Of a stretch of DNA of 64,000 nt, positions 29,606 to 39,691 are shown piece by piece (within the stretch, counting starts at the first letter, position 1; each line of letters opens with the position of its first letter). The stretch comes from Verrucomicrobiota bacterium (GTDB taxonomy: Bacteria; Verrucomicrobiota; Verrucomicrobiia; Verrucomicrobiales; V1-33). The stretch lies in the NCBI GenBank assembly GCA_039795165.1, contig JBDKER010000003.1, positions 32,376 through 96,375 on the forward strand, read 5' to 3'. The notes below the pieces were generated by a model, which ran no database searches, was not told where the DNA came from, and saw only the letters and a program-made list of their open reading frames with translations. The position numbers and the translations under genes were made by a program.

Positions 29606-30418
29606 TCAGGAACTCTGATCCCATGCGCGGCGCAGCAATTCCGGTCCGTACAGCCGCTCAAGCCGGCGGACCGTGAAATGAGCCGTGGCCATGCGCTGGT
29701 AGTGCCCCATGAAGAGCAGGTTCACGGCGGCTCCCGCGACCGCTCCAGCGACGGGGACGGCCTTCGCTGCCAGTTGTTCTCCCACGGTCGCTCCAAAGCG
29801 ACCAGCGATCGCGTCGAGCAACCTCACGAGCGCAGGTCCGGTGCCACCCGTGGCCCCCCGGGCGGCCCACGCGGCGGCATCGCTCACCGCCGCCCCAAGG
29901 GCGGCCCGCGCGGCCCAGTAGCCACTCTCCGCCGCATCATCAAAGGGAGAATCGGATCCGAGCGCGAAGACGGCAAGGCAATCGAGACGGCCTTCGGCGG
30001 TACCGATGTCATGGCCCTGCGACCGTGCGATGTCGGCAATGCTGCGCAGAATCAGACAGGTCGACACGGGCAATTCCAGCGGCAGGGCAGCGAGCCCGAA
30101 GGCTCCACCGGCGGCTCCGCTCGCGGCCGTCATGAGCTTGTGCAGCCATGGCGATGGTTCGGACGCCTTCCGGGGATCGGATTCCATGGAGCTGAGCGCG
30201 AAGTGCGCCGCTTTCTCGAGTGCTCCCTGGACGGCTCCGCGCACGGTTTTCTGCCAGCCGGCCGGAAGGGCACCGAGTCCCTTTTCAATGGGGGTTCCGA
30301 GGACGCTGGCGGCCTGCATCGCGAAGGAAGGTGTCTCCAGTGCGATGCGCGCGGCCCGCAGCTCTGCCAGATGCTCCGGCCGCAGAGAGGTCACCAGTTC
30401 CGGCTGGGAATTGTTCAT
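29606..30418 (-). CDS. EcsC-family protein
   Basis: SGAAGGAFG..ELPVST..LRSIADIARSQG, VFALG, KAVPVAGA, HFTVRRLER. Confidence 0.85.
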   Translation of the reverse strand: MNNSQPELVTSLRPEHLAELRAARIALETPSFAMQAASVLGTPIEKGLGALPAGWQKTVRGAVQGALEKAAHFALSSMESDPRKASEPSPWLHKLMTAASGAAGGAFGLAALPLELPVSTCLILRSIADIARSQGHDIGTAEGRLDCLAVFALGSDSPFDDAAESGYWAARAALGAAVSDAAAWAARGATGGTGPALVRLLDAIAGRFGATVGEQLAAKAVPVAGAVAGAAVNLLFMGHYQRMATAHFTVRRLERLYGPELLRRAWDQSS

Positions 30419-30436
30419 GGCAGATAGGCAGTTGGT

Positions 30437-31288
30437 TCAGGACAGGGTGGCACGCGTTCCAAGAATGGCTTCGGTCATGCGCAGAGCCTCGGCATTGGCC
30501 CGTACGTCATGCACCCGGAAGATACGGACTCCCGCTTCCCGCGCAAGGCACGTGAGCGCCACCGTCGGCCAATCGCGCCCGGCTGGATCGGCTGCCCCGG
30601 TGAGCTGACCGAGGAACGATTTGCGGCTCGCACCGAGCAGCACCGGGCGGCCACCCACGGCAAAGCTCCCGGGCGAACGCAGGATCGCAAGATTATCCTC
30701 GAGCCGCTTCCCGAAGCCGATGCCGGGATCGAGCACGATCGATTCGGCTGGTACGCCGGCCGCACGGGCGATTGCCATCGAGGCCTGCAGGGCAGTCGCC
30801 ACCTCGGCAAGGACATCTCCGTAGCCCGGCCGGATCTGCATGGTGCGCGGCGTCCCCTGCATGTGCATGATGACAAGCCCGGCCCCGGAGCGGGCCGCGA
30901 CCGCAGCCATGGCGGCATCGAAATGCAGTCCAGAAACATCGTTGATGATATCGGCGCCGGCTTCCATGGCGGCGTCGGCCACCGCGGCTTTCATCGTGTC
31001 CACGGAAATGGCAGCGTCCGTGAGCGCACGCAGTTCCCGGATCACGGGGAGCACGCGGGCCATTTCCTCCTCCTCCGAAACCGACTCTGCTCCCGGCCGC
31101 GTCGATTCGCCGCCCACATCAATGATGTCAGCTCCTTCGCAAACCAGCCGGAGTGCATGCGCCACGGCATCGCCCACTCCAGCATGCTGCCCGCCATCGG
31201 AAAAGGAATCCGGCGTCACGTTGACAATGCCCATGATGAGGGCGCGGTCGGTGAGGTCGAAACGCCGGGATGGGGTGCGCCAGATCAT
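30437..31288 (-). CDS. folP: Dihydropteroate synthase
   Basis: MGIVNVTPDSFSDGG, DVGGESTRPG, INDVSG, DPGIGFGK, SRKS, RVHDV. Confidence 0.95.
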   Translation of the reverse strand: MIWRTPSRRFDLTDRALIMGIVNVTPDSFSDGGQHAGVGDAVAHALRLVCEGADIIDVGGESTRPGAESVSEEEEMARVLPVIRELRALTDAAISVDTMKAAVADAAMEAGADIINDVSGLHFDAAMAAVAARSGAGLVIMHMQGTPRTMQIRPGYGDVLAEVATALQASMAIARAAGVPAESIVLDPGIGFGKRLEDNLAILRSPGSFAVGGRPVLLGASRKSFLGQLTGAADPAGRDWPTVALTCLAREAGVRIFRVHDVRANAEALRMTEAILGTRATLS

Positions 31289-32262
31289 GCCGGGGATCGC
31301 TTCCATGGAAGCTGCAGGAGAATGTTGGCGAGTGTGATGAGCACACCGCCGGTGATGGTGGTGCTGCTGAGCACTTCGTTGGCGTACGGCACCCCGGTCC
31401 ATGCGGCCAGCAGGGCGGGCAGAAAGAGTACGTACAGAGCGGTGGTCACCGGCTCGAGACAGTAGATCAGGCCTGCTTCGGTGGCACGCACGAAGGGCTG
31501 CCAGCGGTTCATGGCCGTATAGGCATAGACGGTGCAGATCAGAATGATCGCGAGCATGATGAACATCTCGGGCGGACTCTGGTAGATGTTCCCGATGGCC
31601 TGCCACGACGGCTTGCGCTGCAGCACGACCGGCAGGGCCACCAGAAAGAAGCCAAGGAACATGATCACTGAAACCGGCAGCATCCGGTGATGCCGCCAGC
31701 GCTTCACTTCCAGCAGCTGGATCTGCACGGTGAAAATCGCAGCAGACAGCAGCGTCTCGGTCTCGCCCCGTCCGAGACGGAAATGATGCCAGTCAAAACC
31801 GGACAGCACCGTGATGCCCGCCAGCACAAGAATCGTGCACAGCAGCAGCTTCGGGCTGGGCCATTCCCGCCGCCGCAGGCATTCCCATGCAGGCAGGAGC
31901 ACGCAATAGAACTGTGTAAGGAACGCACTCGTCGACGCACTCGTGTAGTGCAGTCCGTCGGCCTGGAGGATCAGCCCCACCCCCCCGAACAGCCCCAGCA
32001 GGGAGCCCTGCAGCCATTCCGAGGCCTGCAGTCCCCGCAGCAGCCGCGGCACAAAGGCAAGAATGATGACCGCCGCCGCAATCGCCCGCAGCCCGATGGC
32101 ATGCGCCGCCAGAAAGAAACTGTCAGCCTGCGGTTCATGTCCCTGCTGCACCGCAAAGAGCATCTTGAAGAGGGGAAAGCTCAGGCCCCACGCCGCCGTG
32201 GCCAGCACCAGCTGCACGACTGCCTTGCGATGATGGGGAGTATCAGGAGCGGTCGGCTGCAT
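31285..32262 (-). CDS. DMT/EamA-family transporter
   Basis: WGLSF, GLHYTSASTSAFLT, EAGLIYCLEP; about 10 hydrophobic segments. Confidence 0.85.
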   Translation of the reverse strand: MQPTAPDTPHHRKAVVQLVLATAAWGLSFPLFKMLFAVQQGHEPQADSFFLAAHAIGLRAIAAAVIILAFVPRLLRGLQASEWLQGSLLGLFGGVGLILQADGLHYTSASTSAFLTQFYCVLLPAWECLRRREWPSPKLLLCTILVLAGITVLSGFDWHHFRLGRGETETLLSAAIFTVQIQLLEVKRWRHHRMLPVSVIMFLGFFLVALPVVLQRKPSWQAIGNIYQSPPEMFIMLAIILICTVYAYTAMNRWQPFVRATEAGLIYCLEPVTTALYVLFLPALLAAWTGVPYANEVLSSTTITGGVLITLANILLQLPWKRSPA

Positions 32263-32304
32263 GGAGACGCTGCCTTCCAGCGGAATGCGGCTTTCCGCAA
32301 GGAT

Positions 32305-32778
32305 TCACTCGGCCGCGTGTTCCTGCTCGGCCATCCGCGTGATGGTGGCGTCCAGCAGCGCAATGTATTCCTGCACCGGCATGGCATCGGCTCCGGGAAC
32401 ACCCCGAACCGCATACAGCCAGCCGTCAATATACGGATCCGTCCGCACCAGACAGGCGTCCGCCGCAAGGGCCGGATTGCCACCCGCAAAGCTCCCGTTC
32501 ATCACACAATAGACATCGCTCGCGGCCTTGAAGCCTTCCACATGCCCGATTTCCATCCCGGCTTCCACCGGTTCCCCCAAAGCCGGCCGGAACACGAAGT
32601 CGACCAGTTCCCCAAGCATGCGGGTCGCAAACTTAGTAAACCCGACCTGCCACAGGCCGGGTTCCACTTCCCGCATGCAGTAATGCGAGGCCGAGTACAG
32701 AAAGTCCGCCGGAAATCTCGCGCTGAAACGGGCGTGCCGGTACCGGACCCATTCGCGCGCAGGAACGGATTCACTCAT
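32305..32778 (-). CDS. Glycine cleavage H-like lipoyl-carrier protein
   Basis: VGFTKFA..LGELV, VEGFKAASDVY (lipoyl Lys), DPY..GWL. Confidence 0.8.
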   Translation of the reverse strand: MSESVPAREWVRYRHARFSARFPADFLYSASHYCMREVEPGLWQVGFTKFATRMLGELVDFVFRPALGEPVEAGMEIGHVEGFKAASDVYCVMNGSFAGGNPALAADACLVRTDPYIDGWLYAVRGVPGADAMPVQEYIALLDATITRMAEQEHAAE

Positions 32779-33389
32779 GCGCCTGTGCCGAACTGAACCT
32801 TCACCGGTGCGCGTTCCGCTTCCGTGGCCACTTCAAAGAGCTGCGCCGGCGTGAAGCCGAAGCCAGTTGCCAGAATGCTTCCCGGGAACATTTCGCGCTG
32901 GTTGTTGTAATCCGTCACCGCCGCGTTGTACCCCTGCCGCGCATAGGCAATGCGGTCTTCCGTCGCCGCCAGTTCCGCACTCAGCTGCGTCATCACCGTG
33001 TTCGTCTTCAGATCCGGATACGCCTCCGTCAGAGCCATGAAACGCGTCATGGCTCCGGTCAGCCCGGTCTCCGCCTGCGTGAGCGACTGCACGGCTGCCG
33101 CATCGCCGGGATTGGCATGGACAGCCTGACGCGCGGCGGAGGCCTGATTGCGGGCATTGATGACGGCCTCCAGCGTCCCCTTTTCATGGGACATGTAGGA
33201 TTTGGCGGTCTCGATGAGGTTCGGAATGAGATCGTGACGGCGCTTCAGCTGCACGTCGATTTGCGCGAAGGCATTCCGGTAGCGGTTCCTCAGGGAAACC
33301 AGTCCATTATAGAGGCTGAGCCCCCAGATGGCCATCAGCAGGGTGAGGCCGGCAATGAGAGCAATGACAATGAGCAAGGCTTTGATCAT
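32775..33389 (-). CDS. lemA: LemA-family protein
   Basis: YNGLV, IDVQLKRRHDLIPNL, EAYPDLK, TEDRIAYARQGYN. Confidence 0.92.
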   Translation of the reverse strand: MIKALLIVIALIAGLTLLMAIWGLSLYNGLVSLRNRYRNAFAQIDVQLKRRHDLIPNLIETAKSYMSHEKGTLEAVINARNQASAARQAVHANPGDAAAVQSLTQAETGLTGAMTRFMALTEAYPDLKTNTVMTQLSAELAATEDRIAYARQGYNAAVTDYNNQREMFPGSILATGFGFTPAQLFEVATEAERAPVKVQFGTGA

Positions 33390-33474
33390 GGAGAGCAGAG
33401 GGTTCCGTTTGCGGGCTGACTGTAGCCGCTCCGGCGCAGGCGCAAAGGAAATCGCAGGGCATCCCGCTTTTGTG

Positions 33475-34092
33475 TCAGGCCGCCCCGGGCACGCCAAGGC
33501 GAGCCGCCGCATGCACCAGTTCCACCACGCTCGTCAGCCCCAGCTTTTCCATGAGCCGCATCCGGTGCACCTTGATGGTCTGCTCGCTCGTTCCCAGCTT
33601 CTGGGCGATCTGCTTGTTGAGAAGCCCGGTGATCACATGCTGCATGACCTCGTACTCCCGAGGCGTCAGCCTTTTCAGCCGCATCCTCAGCGCGCGTTCC
33701 TGTTCCTCTTCCGCTGCCAGCCGCCCAGCCTGCGCAAGGGCAGCACGCACCGCCCTGAGAAGATCTTCGTCGTGCACCGGCTTAGTCAGAAAATCGACCG
33801 CCCCGGACTTGATGGCGCGGACACTCATCGGAATATCCCCATGGCCCGTCAGAAACACGATCGGTACCCGGACCCCCTCGGACTGCAGGCGCGACTGCAG
33901 CTCAAGCCCGCTCATCCCGCTCATCGCCACGTCCAGAATCAGGCACCATGCCCCCGTCATCCGCGGAGCCTCCAGAAAGGCCTCGGCCGATCCGAAACTG
34001 CGCACGGAAAAACCCTCGGCCTGCAGCAGTCGTGTCAGCGCCCGCAGCATGCCTGGTTCATCATCGACCAGCACAACCGTTCCCGATTCCAT
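33475..34092 (-). CDS. FixJ/NodW-type response regulator
   Basis: LVDD, LDVAM, FLTGHGDIPMSVRAIK, DFLTKP, LTPRE, LNKQIA, HRMRLMEKL. Confidence 0.92.
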   Translation of the reverse strand: MESGTVVLVDDEPGMLRALTRLLQAEGFSVRSFGSAEAFLEAPRMTGAWCLILDVAMSGMSGLELQSRLQSEGVRVPIVFLTGHGDIPMSVRAIKSGAVDFLTKPVHDEDLLRAVRAALAQAGRLAAEEEQERALRMRLKRLTPREYEVMQHVITGLLNKQIAQKLGTSEQTIKVHRMRLMEKLGLTSVVELVHAAARLGVPGAA

Positions 34093-34196
34093 GCCGCATC
34101 GTTCCCATGGCTCCGGCGGCCCGCCAACGCCAATTTGTCAGGAAATCCAAGGGTCCGCCTCCCGTCCGGGAATCCCGCCGCAAAGGCAAATGGCAT

Positions 34197-34224
34197 TTGA
34201 CAGATGGCTCCGGGAGAGTAGGAT
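34197..34224 (+). promoter_or_regulatory. Sigma70-type promoter of rplM-rpsI
   Basis: TTGACA-N16-TAGGAT about 55 bp upstream of rplM. Confidence 0.6.
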
Positions 34225-34277
34225 CCCGCCCCTGCTTCCCGGGGCAATTTGCAAACATCCTTGATTTTCAACGACAA

Positions 34278-34706
34278 ATGAAAACGATCTCCGCCAAAGC
34301 TGAAGATATCCAGCGCAAATGGTATCTGATTGATGCCAAGGACCGCGTCCTCGGGGACGTGGCCGTCGAAGCCGCCAACCTGCTCCGCGGCAAGCATAAG
34401 GTGACCTACACTCCGCACATCGACAACGGCGACCACGTCGTCATCATCAATGCGGAAAAGGTCGTCCTCACGGGCAAAAAGGAAACCGCCAAGATCTACC
34501 ACCGCTTCTCGGGCTATGTCGGCGGCCATCACACGGATTCACCCCGTTCCCTGCGGGCTCGCCGTCCGGAACAGATCATCCTCCTTGCCGTCCGCGGCAT
34601 GATCCCCCACAATAAGCTGGGGCGCCGGATCTACACCAAGCTGCGCGTGTACCGCGGCGAAAAGCACAACCACGAAGCCCAGCAACCGACGGTGCATCAG
34701 TTCTGA
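34278..34706 (+). CDS. rplM: 50S ribosomal protein L13
   Basis: RKWYLIDA, LRGKHK..YTPH.DNGD, AVRGMIP, HEAQQP. Confidence 0.96.
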   Translation: MKTISAKAEDIQRKWYLIDAKDRVLGDVAVEAANLLRGKHKVTYTPHIDNGDHVVIINAEKVVLTGKKETAKIYHRFSGYVGGHHTDSPRSLRARRPEQIILLAVRGMIPHNKLGRRIYTKLRVYRGEKHNHEAQQPTVHQF

Positions 34707-34735
34707 TTCCCTGAACCTTTAGCGAATACCATACC

Positions 34736-35128
34736 ATGGCCGAAACAGTCTACGCCGCCACCGGACGCCGCAAAACCGCGAGTGCCCGCGCCCGCCTCAC
34801 CGCCGGTGAAGGTCACATCACCATCAATGAACGGTCCTTCGAGGACTATTTCACAACGGAAACCATGAGGAATGCGGTTCTCGCTCCCCTCCAGGTCACC
34901 GGAAATGCCAATAAATTCGACATCGCAGTGACCGCCGTCGGCGGCGGCCTCAACGGCCAGGCGGGAGCCGTCCGCCTCGCGATTGCCCGCGCTCTCCTGC
35001 AGGTTGACGCCGGATTCCGCGCCCAACTCAAGGAAGGACGTCACCTGACCCGGGATGCGCGGGCCAAGGAACGGAAGAAGTACGGCCGTCCGGGTGCCCG
35101 GAAGCGCTTCCAGTTCAGCAAGCGCTGA
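34736..35128 (+). CDS. rpsI: 30S ribosomal protein S9
   Basis: TGRRKTA, GGGLNGQAGA, ERKKYG, QFSKR. Confidence 0.97.
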   Translation: MAETVYAATGRRKTASARARLTAGEGHITINERSFEDYFTTETMRNAVLAPLQVTGNANKFDIAVTAVGGGLNGQAGAVRLAIARALLQVDAGFRAQLKEGRHLTRDARAKERKKYGRPGARKRFQFSKR

Positions 35129-35260
35129 TGCCGGGGCTCCCGTGGAGCCGCCTCATCCCGCAGAATCACGGCGGCACCCGGAAACGGGTGCCGTTCTGCT
35201 GTCGGCAGGAATCGTTCTTGCCGCATCATTGCGGGACAGGCTAACAGAGAACCAGAACCC

Positions 35261-35941
35261 ATGAAATTCCTGATTCCCGGAGGACTCCTCATCGCAGTGG
35301 AAGGCATCGACGGAGCCGGCAAGACGAGTGCTGCGTCCCTGCTGGCCCAGTATTGCGGCGAACGCGGCATTGCCTGCGTGCTTTCCAAGGAGCCAACCAG
35401 TCTCCGCTGGGGTCAGGAACTGCGGCGCTCGGCCCAGGAAGGTCGGCTGACCCTCGAGGAGGAACTGCGCCTTTTCCGGCTCGACCGCGCCATGCACGTC
35501 CGGGGCACCATCCGCCCGGCCCTGGCCGCAGGCTGCGTCGTCATTGTCGACCGCTACTACTGGAGCACTGCGGCGTACCAGGGAGCCCGCGGAGCAAACC
35601 CCGCCGCCCTCGTCGCCGACCACGAAACCTTTGCCCCGCGTCCCCACGCCGTGCTCCTCCTTGATATCCCGGCTATCGCGGGACTCGAACGGATCCGCCG
35701 CCGGGGAGATGAACCGAATTCCTTCGAAAACGCCCACGCCCTTGAATCGGCCCGCGCCATCTTCCTCGATCTCGCCGCCCGCTTTCCGGAAACCGCCCAC
35801 GTCATCGACGCCTCCGCCTCCGCCCGCGAGGTCGCCCGCCGCTGCGTCGCCACCATGACGGCCCTCGCTTCGTCGCGGCTCTCCGCCGACCCCGCGGCCC
35901 TCGCATGGCTGCGCGACGGGATCGCTTCCACCGGGGACTGA
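35261..35941 (+). CDS. tmk: Thymidylate kinase
   Basis: EGIDGAGKTS, KEPT, DRYYWSTAAYQG. Confidence 0.93.
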   Translation: MKFLIPGGLLIAVEGIDGAGKTSAASLLAQYCGERGIACVLSKEPTSLRWGQELRRSAQEGRLTLEEELRLFRLDRAMHVRGTIRPALAAGCVVIVDRYYWSTAAYQGARGANPAALVADHETFAPRPHAVLLLDIPAIAGLERIRRRGDEPNSFENAHALESARAIFLDLAARFPETAHVIDASASAREVARRCVATMTALASSRLSADPAALAWLRDGIASTGD

Positions 35942-36014
35942 TGCGGAGGAAACTCTGGTTGTGCCGCGGCATCTCCGTCCCATCATCCGGAGCCCATCCG
36001 GCCCTTTGCATTCC

Positions 36015-37262
36015 ATGTCCGCTGACCGTTCCAAACACACAGCCCACCTACTGATCTTCCTGACGGTCCTGATCGATCTGATCGGTTTCGGGATTCTCAT
36101 TCCGATTCTTCAGCCATTTGCGGTGCAGTTCGGGGCGACGGATCAGCAGGCCATGTGGCTCATGGGGATCTACAGCCTCATGCAGTTCTTCTTCTCCCCG
36201 GTCCTCGGGAGGATTTCGGACCGCGTGGGCCGCCGTCCGGTGATCATTGCGAGCCTGCTGGGCAGCATGCTCGGCTACCTCATCATCGCGCAGGCCGCCA
36301 ATCCGGTCCTCAGCATGGGCGGGAAGCTGAGTCTCTTCCTCCTGTTCTTTGCCCGCGTCGTCACGGGCATCTGCGGGGCCAGCTTTTCGACGGCCCAGGC
36401 CTACCTCGCCGACATCACGGCCCCGGAAAAGCGCGCCGGAGTCATGGGAATGATCGGAGCGGCCTTCGGACTCGGCTTTGTGCTTGGTCCAGTGATTGGC
36501 GGGCTCACCAGTTCGACCCGCTTCGGGCCCTCGCTGCCGTTCTACATTGCAGCGGCCATGAGCCTTGCCAATGCCGTCTTCTGCATGACGAGCCTCCCGG
36601 AAACACTGCCTCCGGAACGCCGTGGCACTCCGCGCGCCCATGCATCCATCCGGGAAACCATGCGCCGCATGAACCACACGCATTTCCCCGCCGTCCTCAT
36701 TTCCAATTTCCTCGTCATCATGGCGTTTTCGATCATGACGGCCACCTTTGTGATCTGGGCGGGTCGGGCGCTTGGCTACAGCCAGCGCGGCATCGGTCTG
36801 CTTTTCGGCTTCGTCGGCATGATCGCGATCCTCATCCAGGGCGGCCTCATCCGGAGAATTGCCCGCCATGGCAACGAGGGACGGCTTGCGCTCGCGGGAG
36901 CCGTGGCCATGACGCTGAGCCTGGCACTGCTGCCATGGGGTGTCGCCCTGCCGGCGCTCCTCGGAATCATGGGCCTGCTTTCCACGGGCAACAGCCTCGC
37001 CACGCCCACCCTCAATACCCTCGCCTCGCGCTGCGGTACGGTCCAGAATCAGGGCGAAACCATGGGAGCGATGTCGGGAGCAGGCAGCCTCGGCCGGTTC
37101 TTCGGCCCCTTCATCGGTGGCTGGGTCATGAAGCTGGCCCCGGGCCGCTACGAATGGGCTTTCTGGCTGGCCGCCGCCATCATGGCCGTCGCCGCCGTCG
37201 CCATCGCCCGAATCCGGCCCGCCCCTCCGGAGGATAGGCCACCGTCCGTCCCGACGCCCTGA
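36015..37262 (+). CDS. MFS transporter (TetA/DHA1-like)
   Basis: DLIGFGI, GRISDRVGRRPV (motif A), AYLAD, GAAFGLGFVLGP. Confidence 0.9.
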   Translation: MSADRSKHTAHLLIFLTVLIDLIGFGILIPILQPFAVQFGATDQQAMWLMGIYSLMQFFFSPVLGRISDRVGRRPVIIASLLGSMLGYLIIAQAANPVLSMGGKLSLFLLFFARVVTGICGASFSTAQAYLADITAPEKRAGVMGMIGAAFGLGFVLGPVIGGLTSSTRFGPSLPFYIAAAMSLANAVFCMTSLPETLPPERRGTPRAHASIRETMRRMNHTHFPAVLISNFLVIMAFSIMTATFVIWAGRALGYSQRGIGLLFGFVGMIAILIQGGLIRRIARHGNEGRLALAGAVAMTLSLALLPWGVALPALLGIMGLLSTGNSLATPTLNTLASRCGTVQNQGETMGAMSGAGSLGRFFGPFIGGWVMKLAPGRYEWAFWLAAAIMAVAAVAIARIRPAPPEDRPPSVPTP

Positions 37263-37277
37263 ACGCTTTCTCCGGCC

Positions 37278-38078
37278 ATGAACGACGTTCCCAAACCAGC
37301 AGCCCTCGAGGAAGAAACCCTCACGCTTTGGGACATCTTCATGCTGTTTCTCTCGGTCGCGGTGCTCGTCACGCTCGCGGTCGAAATGCTCGTGCCCATG
37401 GACGAGGAAGGTCAGCGTCTCCTGAGCCGCATCGATGCCGCCACCTGCCTTGTCTTTTTTGGCGACTTCCTCTGGCGCTTCACAAGGGCCAAAAACCGGA
37501 AGGAATACATGAAATGGGGCTGGCTGGACCTTGTCTCCAGCATTCCATGGCAGGAATTCTTTGCATGGGGCCGACTTTACCGCGTGGTCCGCGTGGTGCG
37601 GGCGGTCAGGTCGGCCCGGCACATCATTCTCGTGCTGCAGCGGCAGCGGCGGCAGAGCGTGTTCTTCGCTGCCTTCCTCCTCGGTTTCCTGCTCATCGAA
37701 ATCTCTGCCTTTGCCATCTGGCATTTCGAACGCGGAGCCCCGGGCGCTTCCATCACCGACCCGCAGCGCGCCTTCTGGTGGGCCATCGTCACGGTCACCA
37801 CAGTCGGCTACGGCGACGTCTATCCAGTGACCACGGAGGGACGCGTGGTGGCCGCCGTCCTCATGTTCAGCGGCATCGGGATCTTTTCCTCGCTGGCTGC
37901 CGTGCTTTCCTCATGGCTCACCACCAAGGAAGTCGAGCAGGTCGAAATCGAGGACGAGCAGCATCTGAAGATCATGCTCGCGGAAATGCGCGAAATGCGC
38001 GCGGAGATCAGTCAGCTGCGCGGGGAACTCCAGCAGGGGCGCGGTGAGCCGCCGCCCCCGACCCTTCCGCTGGAATGA
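37278..38078 (+). CDS. Potassium channel (6-TM ion transporter)
   Basis: Selectivity filter TTVGYGD; S4-like [13 protein letters not shown]; C-terminal coiled coil. Confidence 0.9.
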   Translation: MNDVPKPAALEEETLTLWDIFMLFLSVAVLVTLAVEMLVPMDEEGQRLLSRIDAATCLVFFGDFLWRFTRAKNRKEYMKWGWLDLVSSIPWQEFFAWGRLYRVVRVVRAVRSARHIILVLQRQRRQSVFFAAFLLGFLLIEISAFAIWHFERGAPGASITDPQRAFWWAIVTVTTVGYGDVYPVTTEGRVVAAVLMFSGIGIFSSLAAVLSSWLTTKEVEQVEIEDEQHLKIMLAEMREMRAEISQLRGELQQGRGEPPPPTLPLE

Positions 38079-39012
38079 GCCGACCGAGCGCTTCGCCGAG
38101 CTGCGGGGCTGCAAAGCGGAATCCCCGCGCCAAAAGGGCCGCCGGAAAAGCCCTCCGGCCATGCAGCAGCGGTTCCGCAGCCATGCCTCCCAGCCATGCT
38201 CCGGCCTGCACCAGCGGGGCGGGCCAGCCCGGACACCACGGACGTCCCCATGACTTGCGCAGCGCTGCCATGAAGGCCGCATTGCGTTCAGCACCCGGAG
38301 CCGCCGCCACGACGGGCCCATGCAGCGTGGCATCCTGAAGCGCCCACAGAAACGCCTTCACGGCATCATCCTCATGCACCCAACTCACCCATTGCCGCCC
38401 GTGTCCGATGGCTCCGCCCAGCCCGGCCTTCACCACTGGGGCCAGCGCCTTCAGGATTCCGCCCTGCCCGGAGAGCACAAAACCCAGCCGGAGCGAAACC
38501 CGCCGCACTTCCGGCAGCGGTGCCGTGAAGAATTCCCGTTCCCATGCCCGGCAGACTTCCGCACAGAAGCCCGTCCCGCTCTCCGCCTGCTCATCGCAGG
38601 CCGCCTCTCCGACATCCCCGTACCATGCCACCGAATTCGCCTGCACCCACACCAGCGGAGGCGATGACGCCCGCCGCACCGCCTCTGCCAGCGCCCGCAC
38701 CGCATTCAGCCGCGAGGCCGTGATCTCCCGGCGGTTCGCCTCAGAAAACCGGCACATGGTGCTGCGCCCGGCCAGATTGATGAGCGCCGCGGCCCCGTCC
38801 AGACTCCCCACCCACGACCCGAAAGTAAGACCATCCCACGGAACCGCCTTCACCCCGGCAGGCAGTGGCCCGCCTCCCCCGCGCGTCAGCACATCCACCT
38901 GCCATCCCGCCGCCAGCAGCGCAGGAATGAGCAGCCGGCCAAGCATGCCCGTGCCGCCCGCCAGCACCACCCGCGGAGCCATTTCGTTCGGATTCATGTT
39001 GTTCATAAGCAT
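38008..39012 (-). CDS. TIGR01777-family NAD-dependent epimerase/oxidoreductase
   Basis: [36 protein letters not shown]; start uncertain. Confidence 0.88.
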   Translation of the reverse strand: MLMNNMNPNEMAPRVVLAGGTGMLGRLLIPALLAAGWQVDVLTRGGGGPLPAGVKAVPWDGLTFGSWVGSLDGAAALINLAGRSTMCRFSEANRREITASRLNAVRALAEAVRRASSPPLVWVQANSVAWYGDVGEAACDEQAESGTGFCAEVCRAWEREFFTAPLPEVRRVSLRLGFVLSGQGGILKALAPVVKAGLGGAIGHGRQWVSWVHEDDAVKAFLWALQDATLHGPVVAAAPGAERNAAFMAALRKSWGRPWCPGWPAPLVQAGAWLGGMAAEPLLHGRRAFPAALLARGFRFAAPQLGEALGRLIPAEGSGAAAHRAPAGVPRAAD

Positions 39013-39019
39013 TCGGCAT

Positions 39020-39556
39020 TCAGTCGTTCCCCAGTCCCAGCAGCGCGAAAACCTTGTCCCCCAGCTTCATCGCCTTCTTGAGCCGCGCGGCCGGCATCTG
39101 ACTCATCTTGTCAAACCACGAGGCGCTCAGCGTGAAAAACCCCTGCAGTTCCTCCAGCCGCTGCCGCGTGTAGGCATCCGAAGCATTCCTCCCATCCGCA
39201 TGTGCAATGCAGTCGCGCAGCAGCGCCAGCGTCGGATCCACCTCCCGCTTCTTCCGCTCCGCCGCAATCACCCGGAACATCTCAAACACATCCTTGAGCG
39301 TCTCGAAATGATCCCTCCGGTCCCCCGGCAGATGCACCACCTTCACCACACCCCAGTTCTGCAGCTCCCGCAGACTGTTGCTCACATTCGACCGCGCCAC
39401 CCCCAGCGCCGCACAGATGTCCTCCGCATGCCGCGGCCCCTCGCTCACATACAGATACGCATGAATCTGCGCCATCGTCCGGTTGATGCCCCAGCGGGCT
39501 CCCATCTCGCCCCAGTGAAGAATGAACTTGCGCGCCGTCGGTGTCAGGTTTTCCAT
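39020..39556 (-). CDS. GbsR/MarR-family transcriptional regulator
   Basis: FILHWGEMGARWGINRT, ARSNVSNSLREL, GDRRDHF, ERKKREVDP. Confidence 0.9.
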   Translation of the reverse strand: MENLTPTARKFILHWGEMGARWGINRTMAQIHAYLYVSEGPRHAEDICAALGVARSNVSNSLRELQNWGVVKVVHLPGDRRDHFETLKDVFEMFRVIAAERKKREVDPTLALLRDCIAHADGRNASDAYTRQRLEELQGFFTLSASWFDKMSQMPAARLKKAMKLGDKVFALLGLGND

Positions 39557-39561
39557 GTCTG

Positions 39562-39585
39562 ATATTTCTGTTGCGACAGAAATAT
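39562..39585. promoter_or_regulatory. Perfect inverted repeat; probable operator of the adjacent GbsR-family regulator
   Basis: ATATTTCTGT-tgcg-ACAGAAATAT, 5 bp from the regulator start codon. Confidence 0.7.
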
Positions 39586-39691
39586 ACAAAATTCGGGAAA
39601 CCGCAAGCTGATTGTGCGGCGATTGTTCCTGGGCAGCGTGGGAGCTGGTGGGCGGTTGCGGAGGGGCGGGGAGGAGGCAGGGGAGGAAGCG

